Positions 22,853 to 32,174 of a stretch of 64,000 bases of DNA are shown piece after piece. The stretch is from positions 227,968 through 291,967 of IMG/VR virus record IMGVR_UViG_3300035156_000206. One strand, 5' to 3'. Made by a program: the position numbers and the translations under genes. The number at the start of each line of letters is the position of its first letter. The stretch's first letter is position 1. Under the pieces are notes generated by a model. The model was not told the origin of the DNA and made no database searches. It saw only the letters and a list, made by a program, of their open reading frames with translations.

Positions 22853-22869
22853 TGCTCACACCTTATAAA

Positions 22870-23490
22870 TTATTGGTACGACCGATCCATATCGCAATGG
22901 CAATAGTCGCAAACTACCTTGCCGTCAATGATGTTGCAATTGCCAGCAACACCACCACGAGCCCCTTTGCAGATCGAACAGTTATCGGCCGCCCGGTACA
23001 GAATTGTCTTAGCCTTGTGGCCGTAGAAACCATCCGTGATAATCTCGACGTCGTCAATCAACACTTGAAATGCTGCAACTTGCAGTACCAAATCCTTTGG
23101 AATCTGGGCAAGCACTTCCGGGATGGTAGGCTTGAAGAACATATGATACCCACAGGTATGATACGTCTCAATTTCAGCAAGTACGTGGAACCGGGACATA
23201 TCCGCCTTTTCCGTAATGACTGGGTCCCACCGGAATGCTGTGTTGCGAAGGTTGTCGGGCAATGCAATGAATGCCTGTTCGCCACTGTCGCCCTTAAAAC
23301 ATACCAAGGGTTTAATGTAGGTCAACATTTCAGCAATCTCTTCATCACTGATTACCAGCTTTGCCTTGATGCTAGCTTCTTTTTCAGCCTTGGCAGCTTG
23401 GTCAGCAGCAAAACGCTCGAGCGTCTCATGTTGCCGCTTTACTTCCCACGCGCCATCATACTTTGGGTCTGTGTAATCGATCACGTGCAC
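22870..23490 (-). CDS. hypothetical protein with C-terminal Cys cluster
   Basis: IETYHTCGYHMFFKPTIPEVLAQIP; CxxC motifs. Confidence 0.75.
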   Translation of the reverse strand: MHVIDYTDPKYDGAWEVKRQHETLERFAADQAAKAEKEASIKAKLVISDEEIAEMLTYIKPLVCFKGDSGEQAFIALPDNLRNTAFRWDPVITEKADMSRFHVLAEIETYHTCGYHMFFKPTIPEVLAQIPKDLVLQVAAFQVLIDDVEIITDGFYGHKAKTILYRAADNCSICKGARGGVAGNCNIIDGKVVCDYCHCDMDRSYQ

Positions 23491-24074
23491 TCCTCTGGTT
23501 CAGATACTTTAACAACCTTCTCTTTTACTTTACGCGGTTTCGTTTTGCGCGTTTCCTTCAGGTAGTCCCCAAACGGAATGATGCGGATGTTGGCATTGCT
23601 GATTGCTACGTCCTTATCCTTCTGAACGAGCACAAACATCCCGTCTGGATTGCGCTTGTGTTGGCCCCACTTGCCAGAATCTTTCCAGGCAGTCCACCAT
23701 TCCCACAAGCTCAATTCAAAAGCAACGTCAGGGTACAAGTTCTGGAAGTTGTTCTTGAACGTGTGGAATGCCGCGAGAGGAGTCTTCTTGTAGTCCTCGT
23801 CGAAGGCGCGCAGTTCATCCCACTGCTCTTTAGTGCACCCGTACTTGTCGCACATAACGGGAGCCATATCTACGATACCGTCATCGCGGATTGCAACTTG
23901 AGCTGCTTTGCCACCATCTTTGCGGCCCAACCCATTCTTCTTCAAGATGCGGTGAACCCCTTGGTATGAAATATTCCCAAGCTCGAGGCTGATCTCTGTC
24001 ACCGTAGCAGGTTCCTTTCCAGGAATCAAACCACGGAACCGATCGCAAATGTATTGTTCGTCTTGCTTAGCCAT
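23481..24074 (-). CDS. HTH protein with a degenerate endonuclease-like C-terminal domain
   Basis: HTH-like VTEISLELGNISYQGVHRILKKNG; SLWEWWTAWKDSGKW segment. Confidence 0.55.
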   Translation of the reverse strand: MAKQDEQYICDRFRGLIPGKEPATVTEISLELGNISYQGVHRILKKNGLGRKDGGKAAQVAIRDDGIVDMAPVMCDKYGCTKEQWDELRAFDEDYKKTPLAAFHTFKNNFQNLYPDVAFELSLWEWWTAWKDSGKWGQHKRNPDGMFVLVQKDKDVAISNANIRIIPFGDYLKETRKTKPRKVKEKVVKVSEPEECT

Positions 24075-24077
24075 CTA

Positions 24078-24395
24078 TTACCTTTTCCTGGAATTCTCTT
24101 GCGCCAATACTTGGCTCGCTACGATATTGAACCGTTCTTCTTCGGTCATGGCAGTGCACATGGACATCAAGATATTAAACTCAACATCACATGGCATCAT
24201 TACCTGTCGTTCTGGACCATCGCCACTTCTTGCTGTGGCAAGCGTAACCAGCACGTCCCAATCGGCATGATACACACCAGATGGGGCTATTATATCGTCA
24301 CCCGCTTTAATTAAGCGGAACGTACGACCTTTCAGCTCCACAGGAAAACCAGATGCCAATGCCCGCAAAAAGATTTCTGAATTGGTACGCATCAC
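24078..24395 (-). CDS. hypothetical protein
   Basis: ATGA-coupled. Confidence 0.7.
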   Translation of the reverse strand: MMRTNSEIFLRALASGFPVELKGRTFRLIKAGDDIIAPSGVYHADWDVLVTLATARSGDGPERQVMMPCDVEFNILMSMCTAMTEEERFNIVASQVLAQENSRKR

Positions 24396-24805
24396 TTCTT
24401 CATCCCCGCAAACACACCATCAATGTGGCTGCACTTGCGACGATATCCAAAGCCCGAACAAGTGCAACTGCCATGGCCTTTGGAATCAATTGTCACGGTG
24501 TAATCTGCACCCTTTGACCCTTTTACAGGAAAGGTAAGCAATGTTGCCTGAGGAGCAGAATGAGTCTTCTGTACCTTCTTGCCGTTCGCTCCAATAACGT
24601 GCCGCAGACTTATCACACGAACAGGCATCTGGTCATTTCCTGACATGCGAAATGATTCAGGTGGATCGTAAGGTGCACCTGGAAGAACCGTCCCTGAGTA
24701 GGTAATAGTGTCATTGCCGGGAAACATGCGACGGTCGACTGCAGAACTGTTTCTCAATTCCACAGTGATCTCTTCTCCCACTCTTGCTACAAATTGTTCA
24801 GCCAT
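24392..24805 (-). CDS. SWIM zinc-finger protein
   Basis: YTVTID...SCTCSGFGYRRKCSHI. Confidence 0.8.
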   Translation of the reverse strand: MAEQFVARVGEEITVELRNSSAVDRRMFPGNDTITYSGTVLPGAPYDPPESFRMSGNDQMPVRVISLRHVIGANGKKVQKTHSAPQATLLTFPVKGSKGADYTVTIDSKGHGSCTCSGFGYRRKCSHIDGVFAGMKK

Positions 24806-24831
24806 GATAATCTTCCCGAAGCGTTTCCACT

Positions 24832-24860
24832 ATTATAACGTAAAAATCTAGACTTGTCAA
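24832..24860 (-). promoter_or_regulatory. perfect sigma70 promoter TTGACA-N17-TATAAT
   Basis: Direct reading. Confidence 0.9.
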
Positions 24861-24870
24861 CGAAGATTGA

Positions 24871-25503
24871 TCAGATATCTAAATCGTACATCGAAGCGCC
24901 TAGGGCTGCTAGAGCTGCCTTTCCAATGGGCGTTGGCCCGTTTCGCTTAGCAGCCGCTTCCCGAGCAGCGTGACCACGAGCTTTGATCCGTGCAAGTAGG
25001 TCTTCCGCATCTGCAGTGCGTTTGTCTTGGACTAGAGGCTCATCTTCGTCTTCTCCCAACCAATCGCGGCAGGCTTTGGCGGCCATCTTGGGTGTGGGTA
25101 AATGCCCATCTTCGTCTTCTTCCACATCGTCGTCACGGTTAATGCGGATGATAGCTGGGAACTGGATTGTGATTTCCATGAATAGCCGTTGGTTGGAGAA
25201 AGTACTCTTATTATACACCAGGTCTGCTGTTACCTTGATAGGGAGCGTGTCCATTAGTAATGCTAGCTGGGTGTTTTCTTCCTTCGGTACCCAACCAAGC
25301 AGACGACCCGACCAGCGGTCTACAACCTGGATGGCGTTCTTGTCGTATTTGTTCGTTGGGTCACGCACTAGGTCAAATGTGACCATTCCTTCATCTTTGG
25401 AGCGTCGCGCCCGAAGCCGTTCGTACCCATCGATGTTATTTTTGTAGTGGTGGTACACCCCAGCAATCCGGTGCTGTGTCCATTTGACGCTAACGTAGTT
25501 CAT
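24871..25503 (-). CDS. HIRAN-domain protein
   Basis: IAGVYHH...LVRDPTNKYDKNAIQV...LGWVPK. Confidence 0.85.
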   Translation of the reverse strand: MNYVSVKWTQHRIAGVYHHYKNNIDGYERLRARRSKDEGMVTFDLVRDPTNKYDKNAIQVVDRWSGRLLGWVPKEENTQLALLMDTLPIKVTADLVYNKSTFSNQRLFMEITIQFPAIIRINRDDDVEEDEDGHLPTPKMAAKACRDWLGEDEDEPLVQDKRTADAEDLLARIKARGHAAREAAAKRNGPTPIGKAALAALGASMYDLDI

Positions 25504-25511
25504 GGTGATCC

Positions 25512-25937
25512 TTATACGAGGAAGGCTAACAGTGGACCGACCAGGTCGGTATTGAATTTTGCGAAGGTTTTCTTGGTCAGTTCTGAGAACGGAACATAAC
25601 CAACCCAGATGCCTGGTTCATTCTCACGAACGCCGTCACTGTACTGGGCAGCTATTGAGATCAGTTCTGCACGGTCGGTAACCACGAAGACACTGACAGC
25701 CCAGCCTTCTTCATCAATGAAGGTACCGAGGTATTCTGGTTTAGAACGGAGGTGATGGTTGGTTTCTTCTGCAAACTCGCGCATTGCAGCAGCCTGAGTA
25801 TCTTCTCCCAGGTCTTGTTTACCACCAATGATGCCCCAATCGTCGTAGGTGCCACGACGAGTTGCTGCGAGAATGCGACCATTCTGGGGGTGAATGGCAA
25901 TGACGCAAGAGGCTAGTTTTGTGCTGTCGATTTTCAT
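25512..25937 (-). CDS. NUDIX hydrolase
   Basis: Nudix box GGKQDLGEDTQAAAMREFAEET. Confidence 0.9.
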   Translation of the reverse strand: MKIDSTKLASCVIAIHPQNGRILAATRRGTYDDWGIIGGKQDLGEDTQAAAMREFAEETNHHLRSKPEYLGTFIDEEGWAVSVFVVTDRAELISIAAQYSDGVRENEPGIWVGYVPFSELTKKTFAKFNTDLVGPLLAFLV

Positions 25938-26024
25938 ATTGTGTCTCTGGAAGTGGATGAGAACACAATACTGGACTTGAACAAACAAGTCAACAAAAAG
26001 AAAGGAGACCTAGGTCTCCCATTT

Positions 26025-26351
26025 TTAGAACGCTACGGTGTTGTCCAATGTATGCAGCGCTTTTGATAGACGCTCCTTATTGGCACCGGCTTCTCGGAAC
26101 GATTCTGCTCCATTGAAGAAGCCAATTAAGGCTGGAATGCCTCGCACTCCGTACTTTGCCGGAGCATCCGCTACTGCTTGGACGTCGATCTTGGCAAATG
26201 AGACACCTGGGAAATCGATGCTCAGTGCCTCGAAGATTGGTGCAACTGCTTTGCAAGGGCCACACCATGGTGCCCACAGATCGATAATTGCCTTCTCGTT
26301 GTTGGCAATGAAAGCCTCCATTGCTTCTACTGAATCTAATACTTCTACCAT
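26025..26351 (-). CDS. trxA: thioredoxin
   Basis: WAPWCGPCK active site. Confidence 0.95.
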   Translation of the reverse strand: MVEVLDSVEAMEAFIANNEKAIIDLWAPWCGPCKAVAPIFEALSIDFPGVSFAKIDVQAVADAPAKYGVRGIPALIGFFNGAESFREAGANKERLSKALHTLDNTVAF

Positions 26352-26360
26352 TGTTCTTCC

Positions 26361-26549
26361 TTATTTTAAAAGTTCTGGGACCCAGAAGGCGCCCAGGACG
26401 ACTGCGATGATGATAGCTTGGAGGACCCAAGCCTTGGCGTCTGCTGATTGTAGCTTCAACCGGTCGGTAATGTACCGCATTTGTTCTCCCATTTCATAAA
26501 TAATGTACTGAATCAGATACAGCTTACGAGCATCCTCACCAAAGCACAA
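26361..26549 (-). CDS. small membrane protein
   Basis: C-terminal TM helix; start probably the later MRYIT. Confidence 0.55.
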   Translation of the reverse strand: MCFGEDARKLYLIQYIIYEMGEQMRYITDRLKLQSADAKAWVLQAIIIAVVLGAFWVPELLK

Positions 26550-26562
26550 CAGCTTTTGGTGC

Positions 26563-26597
26563 TAAATACTGATAACAATGGGATAGGACACTATTTA
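26563..26597. promoter_or_regulatory. divergent pair of TAAATA late-type cores
   Basis: TAAATA on + at 26563-26568 and on - at 26592-26597, between divergent genes. Confidence 0.45.
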
Positions 26598-26971
26598 TGC
26601 GCTTTACAGAATACCTTACAGAGCATGTTATGCTCGCACAAACAGTTGAGATGGCAGAGTTGCCTATCGTCGAAGAGGTTCGCCGTCAGGTGGGATCGTA
26701 CATGCAGTTCACAGGCAACACTGTGAAACGGAACATGGATCGCCTACTTTTGAAAACAGCTAGGGAATTACAGGAGTGGGCTGAACATATCAGACCGTTT
26801 GCAGAGAAGAATGGGTATCGTACCCAGGTGCTTGACAAGATCTTGGCAGACCCACAGAAGGCAGCTAAAGCTCTAATTCGGAAGTACGTGATGGATCACG
26901 TAGGTAGTACAGGTGCTGACATTCCTGCTCTTGATGACAAGGTAATGCCAGCTGCTCCCCCAGCGCTATAA
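26597..26971 (+). CDS. hypothetical protein (probably late)
   Basis: AGGA RBS and TAAATA upstream. Confidence 0.7.
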   Translation: MRFTEYLTEHVMLAQTVEMAELPIVEEVRRQVGSYMQFTGNTVKRNMDRLLLKTARELQEWAEHIRPFAEKNGYRTQVLDKILADPQKAAKALIRKYVMDHVGSTGADIPALDDKVMPAAPPAL

Positions 26972-27376
26972 TTTACTTACCAGACCAGCAAGCAAGGGAC
27001 TAGGCTTACAAGCTTTGGTCCTTTTCCTTTTGTGGGCTGGCACTTTCCAATCGGCCTTCTTGGGCTGCCAGTCCGTCACCAAGTCATTTTTCCAGAAAGT
27101 GTACTCCGGCTGTGGACGAAGTACAAATGTGTTATTGCCCCATCCTGAATTGGCCTTGTAGATGTCAAGAGCCAACTTGTCCCGAAGTTGGACCATAATG
27201 TCATCGCCCTCATGGCACATCATGATACGAGCACCAGGGTCTTTAATCAGCATTTGTTGAAGCAATGCGATTTGCAGTCCCATTTTGCCAGACCTTGCAG
27301 CCCTATATCCCATCAGAGTTCCATCGAGCAAGATGGTTCGAGGAATGTTGATGTGGATTGGTGTAGTACGACTCAT
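26966..27376 (-). CDS. hypothetical protein
   Basis: ATGA-coupled. Confidence 0.6.
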   Translation of the reverse strand: MSRTTPIHINIPRTILLDGTLMGYRAARSGKMGLQIALLQQMLIKDPGARIMMCHEGDDIMVQLRDKLALDIYKANSGWGNNTFVLRPQPEYTFWKNDLVTDWQPKKADWKVPAHKRKRTKACKPSPLLAGLVSKL

Positions 27377-27936
27377 ACCAAAGGCTCCAAAGGATGCATC
27401 TCTTCAATGAACCGGAACAGCTCACGACGTACGTGACGCTCACTTTTCTCGTAGATCACAAATTGTGGGAACTCTTCGATCCGACCTTCCCATCTAGCAC
27501 AAGGAGGCATTCCTGTAACTGTCATGTCCTGCTCTTGCACAACGAACGTGAATGCAGTCGGATCAAAATCGGATCGCGCCTTAACAACATGTCGGCCATG
27601 TTGTGGACTAACTGGTTCCCACCCTTGATCTACCAGTGATTCGTAGAAGCCATCATTCTGGATCGACTCAATGTAGGTATATTCGCAAGTGTGCTGGCTA
27701 TTGATCCACTCGAGCAGTTCATGCATAATCCCTACACCACGGAACAGAGGCAGGATTGTGACATTAGCAACATCGAAACACGTGTGTGTTACATCATTGA
27801 AGTTGTGAAACCCTTGGCCACGCATGTAGAACTCGCCCACTTTACATGAGACCCACGCATTGCGTTGACCACTATCAATGAAGCGCTTGATCTCTTCCTT
27901 GGCATCTGCTACCAATTCAGCTCGTGTGTAGGTCAT
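27373..27936 (-). CDS. GNAT-like acetyltransferase domain protein
   Basis: [21 protein letters not shown] resembles GNAT motif A. Confidence 0.5.
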   Translation of the reverse strand: MTYTRAELVADAKEEIKRFIDSGQRNAWVSCKVGEFYMRGQGFHNFNDVTHTCFDVANVTILPLFRGVGIMHELLEWINSQHTCEYTYIESIQNDGFYESLVDQGWEPVSPQHGRHVVKARSDFDPTAFTFVVQEQDMTVTGMPPCARWEGRIEEFPQFVIYEKSERHVRRELFRFIEEMHPLEPLV

Positions 27937-28397
27937 GGCCGCACCGATTCAACACCACGGTTAGCCAACAAGTCGGCACGCTCATTACCAATGTCACCGG
28001 CATGGCCCTTGACCCATTGCCAGGTCACGTTGTGGATCTCGCGAGCTTTATCCAGGCGGCGCCACAGCTCAGCATTCTTCACTGGCTCTTTTGCAGCCGT
28101 TTTCCAACCGTTCCTTTTCCAACCGTGAATCCATTCACTAATTCCTTTTTGGACGTACTTACTGTCCGTATACACGATGATTGAAGCGCTGTCTTGCAGA
28201 TACTCCAATGCTTGGATTACTGCCATTAGCTCCATGCGATTGTTGGTGCTGTTCAACTCGCCACCAAACATCTCGTGGATCCACTCGTAGTTGGTGATCA
28301 TTGCGCCCCATCCGCCAATGCCACCAGGGTTGCCTTTGCAGGCCCCATCTGCATAAATGTGGATTGGTTCAGCTGTGATTGGTTTTGATTTGGTCAT
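27933..28397 (-). CDS. rnhA: ribonuclease HI
   Basis: [43 protein letters not shown]. Confidence 0.95.
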   Translation of the reverse strand: MTKSKPITAEPIHIYADGACKGNPGGIGGWGAMITNYEWIHEMFGGELNSTNNRMELMAVIQALEYLQDSASIIVYTDSKYVQKGISEWIHGWKRNGWKTAAKEPVKNAELWRRLDKAREIHNVTWQWVKGHAGDIGNERADLLANRGVESVRP

Positions 28398-28839
28398 TTG
28401 ATGCTTTCTTGGATTCGCCGCCATGCAAGGCCATAAATTCGGGAGTGGGAAGTTCGCATCCCTTTTCGCCGTTGCATACTGTGCACATCGGGATGCTGTT
28501 TTTGATTGTGTCAGCACCGTTTTGCTTAATAGGAATGATATGGTCCATCGTCATCATACGGATCTCGCCAGTAGGCATGATACCATACAGATTCATGTGG
28601 TATGGTCCTGTGTATGGCTTGTTCTTCTTTTTATTGAACCACGACTGGCGCTCAACCGAGAAGAACGAACCTTTGCAACCACATACCACACAATCTGTTC
28701 CCTTGTGCTTAAATGTCTGAAGACGCAGTGAACAGGAATTGATCTTGTTGCCCTCGTGGATGAAGCTGGCTCCCTCCGCAATCAAAGGCAGCACATCAAC
28801 AATCTGCAGAACACCAATACTTTCCATCTTCTGGGACAT
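28369..28839 (-). CDS. HNH endonuclease
   Basis: CVVC...[28 protein letters not shown]. Confidence 0.88.
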   Translation of the reverse strand: MSQKMESIGVLQIVDVLPLIAEGASFIHEGNKINSCSLRLQTFKHKGTDCVVCGCKGSFFSVERQSWFNKKKNKPYTGPYHMNLYGIMPTGEIRMMTMDHIIPIKQNGADTIKNSIPMCTVCNGEKGCELPTPEFMALHGGESKKASNDQIKTNHS

Positions 28840-28870
28840 CTGCTACTCCAAGTTGTGAGATAATGCAATC

Positions 28871-28899
28871 ACTATACTTCACAACTCGGATTTTGTCAA
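28871..28899 (-). promoter_or_regulatory. sigma70 promoter TTGACA-N17-TATAGT
   Basis: Direct reading. Confidence 0.85.
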
Positions 28900-28902
28900 C
28901 TG

Positions 28903-29649
28903 TTAGCGAACGAACTTGTCATTGTAAGGGTTGATGGTACCTTTTTTAGCCCACACCTTTTTTCGCTCAGTCAAACTATCACCAACTTGGCACATCGTCA
29001 GCTTTGATACAGGATGTGGTTCAGTAGGAGAAACAACACCAGCTAGGATTTGCTCCCACACATGATCGAGCTCCTTCGTAGAGAAGGAAGCGTTCTCGTC
29101 GATGATGTACTTCATGTACACCAGCTTGCCTAGTTCAGCTTCCAACCTTGGCTGATTCAATTCGGCTGCTTTAAACGATATGCTGCGTTGGCGATCGCCA
29201 AACACTTTCAGCACGAGCTGGAGAGTATACTGCCCTTTGACTCGTTGGCGCCAACACGCACTGATTCCAGCAACACCAAATTCAACATTCTTGATGCACG
29301 ACTCTTTGTAATCTCGGTCAGGCAAATCGGCTGCGCTGGTGTGGTAGTGTGCACGTAGGAACTGGGATGCTCGGGCCAATGATTCTTCAGGGAGATCTAG
29401 GTATCGATCGTCACGGAAATATACTGCCGGGAAGTGGCGCTTTGGGATTTTCACCACCCAGTTATGATCGCCATTGCGAACGATATATTGTGGCACCGAT
29501 AAAATCTTGCCACGTACACAAACGTCACGGTGAGGTAGCGCTACAGAAACGAGTGGATTGTTCCGGTAATCGACATCTACATATGTGACATCAGCATTGC
29601 GGGTAACAGGAGTACGTACGTGAGGGAATTGTTTGGTCTTGGTTAACAT
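28903..29649 (-). CDS. hypothetical protein
   Basis: 248 aa ORF behind a promoter. Confidence 0.7.
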   Translation of the reverse strand: MLTKTKQFPHVRTPVTRNADVTYVDVDYRNNPLVSVALPHRDVCVRGKILSVPQYIVRNGDHNWVVKIPKRHFPAVYFRDDRYLDLPEESLARASQFLRAHYHTSAADLPDRDYKESCIKNVEFGVAGISACWRQRVKGQYTLQLVLKVFGDRQRSISFKAAELNQPRLEAELGKLVYMKYIIDENASFSTKELDHVWEQILAGVVSPTEPHPVSKLTMCQVGDSLTERKKVWAKKGTINPYNDKFVR

Positions 29650-29812
29650 GTGAGGTGAGTTCCGATAGATGTTTGGTGTAGAACATCATAGTTCGAACAG
29701 AACAGAAGATCAACAACTATTTGAACAGACAAAAAGAAACCCGCAGGGGGTAATCTGCGGGTTTCTTTTTCACAACACCAATCACTCTACTCAAGGAACA
29801 TGCACAAGATAT

Positions 29813-30127
29813 TTATACAGGTTCTGTTGACGGGCCTGGAAGGATAACTGGAGTACCCTTCATGTGGTTATAGTCTGTACGTCGAATTTCGACTGCCTCA
29901 ACTTCCGTGATTGATGCCTCTTCTATTTGTATACCACCAAAATGATCCTTAGTGTATGCTAATTCAAATAGCCTACCATCACGTTTCAGCAGCACGCTGT
30001 ACTGCGTGTAGGTCATGTAAGAGCTCCAGCCGATTAGCTCACCCTCCTCAATCAGAGCCTTGAGGTCTTCTAGGGTTTCAAATTTAAACATTGGTTGTGG
30101 TCCTTGTATGGATATTAAAAAACCCAC
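29813..30127 (-). CDS. hypothetical protein
   Basis: Start probably the later MFKFE. Confidence 0.65.
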   Translation of the reverse strand: MGFLISIQGPQPMFKFETLEDLKALIEEGELIGWSSYMTYTQYSVLLKRDGRLFELAYTKDHFGGIQIEEASITEVEAVEIRRTDYNHMKGTPVILPGPSTEPV

Positions 30128-30318
30128 CGGCCTGTAAAACCGGTGGGTTCCTTCCGTCTAGGGTCATAAGCCCTTAACGGTCGCTTCAATTGTCAAGGTG
30201 GTAAGTCTCAACTAGAGAAGCATACTATACTGCTGGTCAACAGTATTATCAATTGCAATCCTGCAATTGACAATTACCATTCTACACATTTATTGACAAA
30301 AGTCAACGGTTACTAATA

Positions 30319-30414
30319 TGGCGGAAAAAGTGGGGCTCGAACCCACACACCCCATCCCTGGAGCCTTCGGTTTTCAAGACCGCTGCCGCTAGTCCTCGCT
30401 CGGCTAATTTTTCC
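30319..30414 (-). tRNA. tRNA-Ser(TGA)
   Basis: Anticodon loop CTTGAAA, long variable arm, GCCA end. Confidence 0.9.
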
Positions 30415-30442
30415 TTTGTTCTGGCTTTTGTAATATGCTATG

Positions 30443-30527
30443 CTGTGTAGGTAGGGATCGAACCTACAGTTGGCAATTAAGCCGTCTCATTAACAGTGAG
30501 GTGCCTTACCGTTCGGCGCACTACACA
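30443..30527 (-). tRNA. tRNA-Asn(GTT) with long variable arm, no encoded CCA
   Basis: Loop CTGTTAA; variable arm GGC-TTAATT-GCC; acceptor stem extended to a 15 bp inverted repeat. Confidence 0.75.
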
Positions 30528-30556
30528 GCATAGCATACTACAGGTAATGCACTTTG

Positions 30557-30631
30557 TCTGGATGGTTGGATTCGAACCAACGTCCTCCCGCATCCAAGGC
30601 GGGCCGTCTACCAGGCTGACAATACACCCAG
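30557..30631 (-). tRNA. tRNA-Pro(TGG)
   Basis: Loop CTTGGAT, canonical arms. Confidence 0.88.
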
Positions 30632-30658
30632 ACAAAATGCACTACTAAATTTGTTTTG

Positions 30659-30731
30659 CTGACAAACCTGGGTTCGAACCAGGGACCCTCTGATTAACAG
30701 TCAGACGCTCTGCCAGCTGAGCTATATGTCA
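30659..30731 (-). tRNA. tRNA-Asn(GTT)
   Basis: Loop CTGTTAA, canonical D and T arms, no CCA. Confidence 0.85.
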
Positions 30732-30744
30732 GCAAAACAAACTA

Positions 30745-30822
30745 TGGTCTCTCGTGCTGGATTCGAACCAGCGTTATGCTCCGCCCCAAACGGAGTGCCA
30801 TACCAGACTAGGCGAACGAGAG
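30745..30822 (-). tRNA. tRNA-Pro(TGG)
   Basis: Loop TTTGGGG, ACCA end. Confidence 0.9.
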
Positions 30823-30850
30823 ATTGATACTTCTAAAACAAACAGACAAT

Positions 30851-30878
30851 AAAAAAGGGCCTCTTGTGGAGGCCCTTT
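30851..30878 (-). terminator. attenuator 1 terminator
   Basis: AAAGGGCCTC-CACAA-GAGGCCCTTT plus T tract, 28 nt before the first tRNA. Confidence 0.92.
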
Positions 30879-30908
30879 CAAAATTTTGTAACATCTTCTA
30901 TGGATGCT

Positions 30909-31022
30909 TTACATTTTGGTAAGACCTCTGAGGGCGATAGTTGAATTCGACGGACGCGAAGCAACAACCGGGTTATTCACCGGGTTGGAATTGCTATTTG
31001 AGTTGCGGACGAATGATTTCAT
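30909..31022 (-). CDS. 37-aa leader peptide MKSFVRNSNSNSNPVNNPVVASRPSNSTIALRGLTKM
   Basis: 7 Asn, 7 Ser, 3 Pro; its 3' end (GAGGTCTT, 30921-30928) can pair with the terminator 5' arm. Confidence 0.75.
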   Translation of the reverse strand: MKSFVRNSNSNSNPVNNPVVASRPSNSTIALRGLTKM

Positions 31023-31048
31023 GATTAACCTAAATGTGTTTGTATTTC

Positions 31049-31054
31049 TATTTA
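31049..31054 (-). promoter_or_regulatory. TAAATA late-type promoter for leader 1
   Basis: 27 nt upstream of the leader ATG. Confidence 0.6.
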
Positions 31055-31059
31055 TTATC

Positions 31060-31425
31060 AAGCCCCAAACGGGAACTGTGAGGGTACAAAAGGGTTTGGC
31101 CTGCCGGCCTTTCACCAGCTACGTTTTCGGCGCCAGATGGGTTGAGTACCATCAAGGACTTACATGCTTGCAACCCATTGACTGCTTACGAATGAGTGGA
31201 GGGCTATTACACCCTCCGTGCCTTTCGGCGAACTACAACGTCCTGACTGATACCAAGTCGTTTATACCCAGACGTTGCCACAAAAGGTATAACACTTAGG
31301 CTCTGCATCAGCACAATGTGACGATAGGGGCTCCGCTCTTCTGTTGCCGTATGGGACCACATTGCTAACCCACGAAAGGTTTAATGGAGCCGGCTCCAGG
31401 ACTAGTGGAGAGTCTTCCGGCATTG
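31060..31425 (-). ncRNA. putative structured ncRNA(s)
   Basis: Stems GCAACGTC/GACGTTGT, GCC-GAAA-GGC, GGAGGG/CCCTCC, GCTGG-TGAAA-GGCCGGC; no credible ORF. Confidence 0.5.
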
Positions 31426-31427
31426 AC

Positions 31428-31611
31428 TGGTGTTCCTTCAGGGAATCGAACCCACTTTTCTTGCATACCTCAGCGCACTTCATGATCCATCCAGGTCACT
31501 ATCTTCACCTACTTCCGCATTACTTGCCCGGTCCAGCCTAACACACTGATTTAACTTTCGCCCCAGGCCGGATGGTTGCCTGTGGTCAGTGATATAGCCC
31601 GAGGAAGGAAC
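31428..31611 (-). ncRNA. tRNA-ended RNA with about 140 nt interior
   Basis: GTTCCTTC/GAAGGAAC-A-CCA stem with GGG-TTCGATT-CCC T loop. Confidence 0.55.
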
Positions 31612-31616
31612 TTGTT

Positions 31617-31690
31617 TGGAGCGGGTAGAGAGAATCGAACTCTCGTCTTGAGCTTGGAAGGCTCTTGATCTGCCACTGACCTATACCCGC
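31617..31690 (-). tRNA. tRNA-Gly(TCC)
   Basis: Loop CTTCCAA, TCCA end. Confidence 0.93.
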
Positions 31691-31762
31691 ATTGTTCTTA
31701 CACCGCTTATTATGTACCGAGCGGATGTCACGGTAACCTCTTCCTACCAATGGTAGGTGAGC

Positions 31763-32098
31763 TTATTCAGCTGCTGGACTCGCTTTTGCGACATCAACCA
31801 CTTTGGCTTTTTTGCCTTTGTGTTTGTGCTCCTTAGGAGTTTCCACTACTTTTGTCTCTTCGACAACAGCAGTTTCAGCTGGTACTTCAACTTCTTTTTG
31901 TTCTTCGACCACTAGTACTTCAACTTCAACAACTGGGACAACTACTTCTTTTTGCTCTTCAACTACTGGAGCGACAACTGGAGCGACAACTGGAGCGACA
32001 ACTGGAGCGACAACTGGAGCGACAACTGGGGCAACTACTTCCGCTGGCGGAGCGTACGGGGCCGGCGTTGGCTGTAACGTAAAACCTTTGAGTTCCAT
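31763..32098 (-). CDS. low-complexity Val/Pro/Glu protein
   Basis: AGGA RBS; 12-bp tandem repeat (ACTGGAGCGACA) encoding VVAP. Confidence 0.65.
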   Translation of the reverse strand: MELKGFTLQPTPAPYAPPAEVVAPVVAPVVAPVVAPVVAPVVAPVVEEQKEVVVPVVEVEVLVVEEQKEVEVPAETAVVEETKVVETPKEHKHKGKKAKVVDVAKASPAAE

Positions 32099-32174
32099 AA
32101 TGGTTCCTATCATAGATGTGTGATCTATTTAGACAGAAACACTTTCAAAGGGACCTGGGTCCCTCTGAACTATC

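Noticed and set aside
31970-32040. CRISPR-like or iteron repeat
   Set aside because: Contiguous 12-bp units without spacers that encode VVAP in frame.
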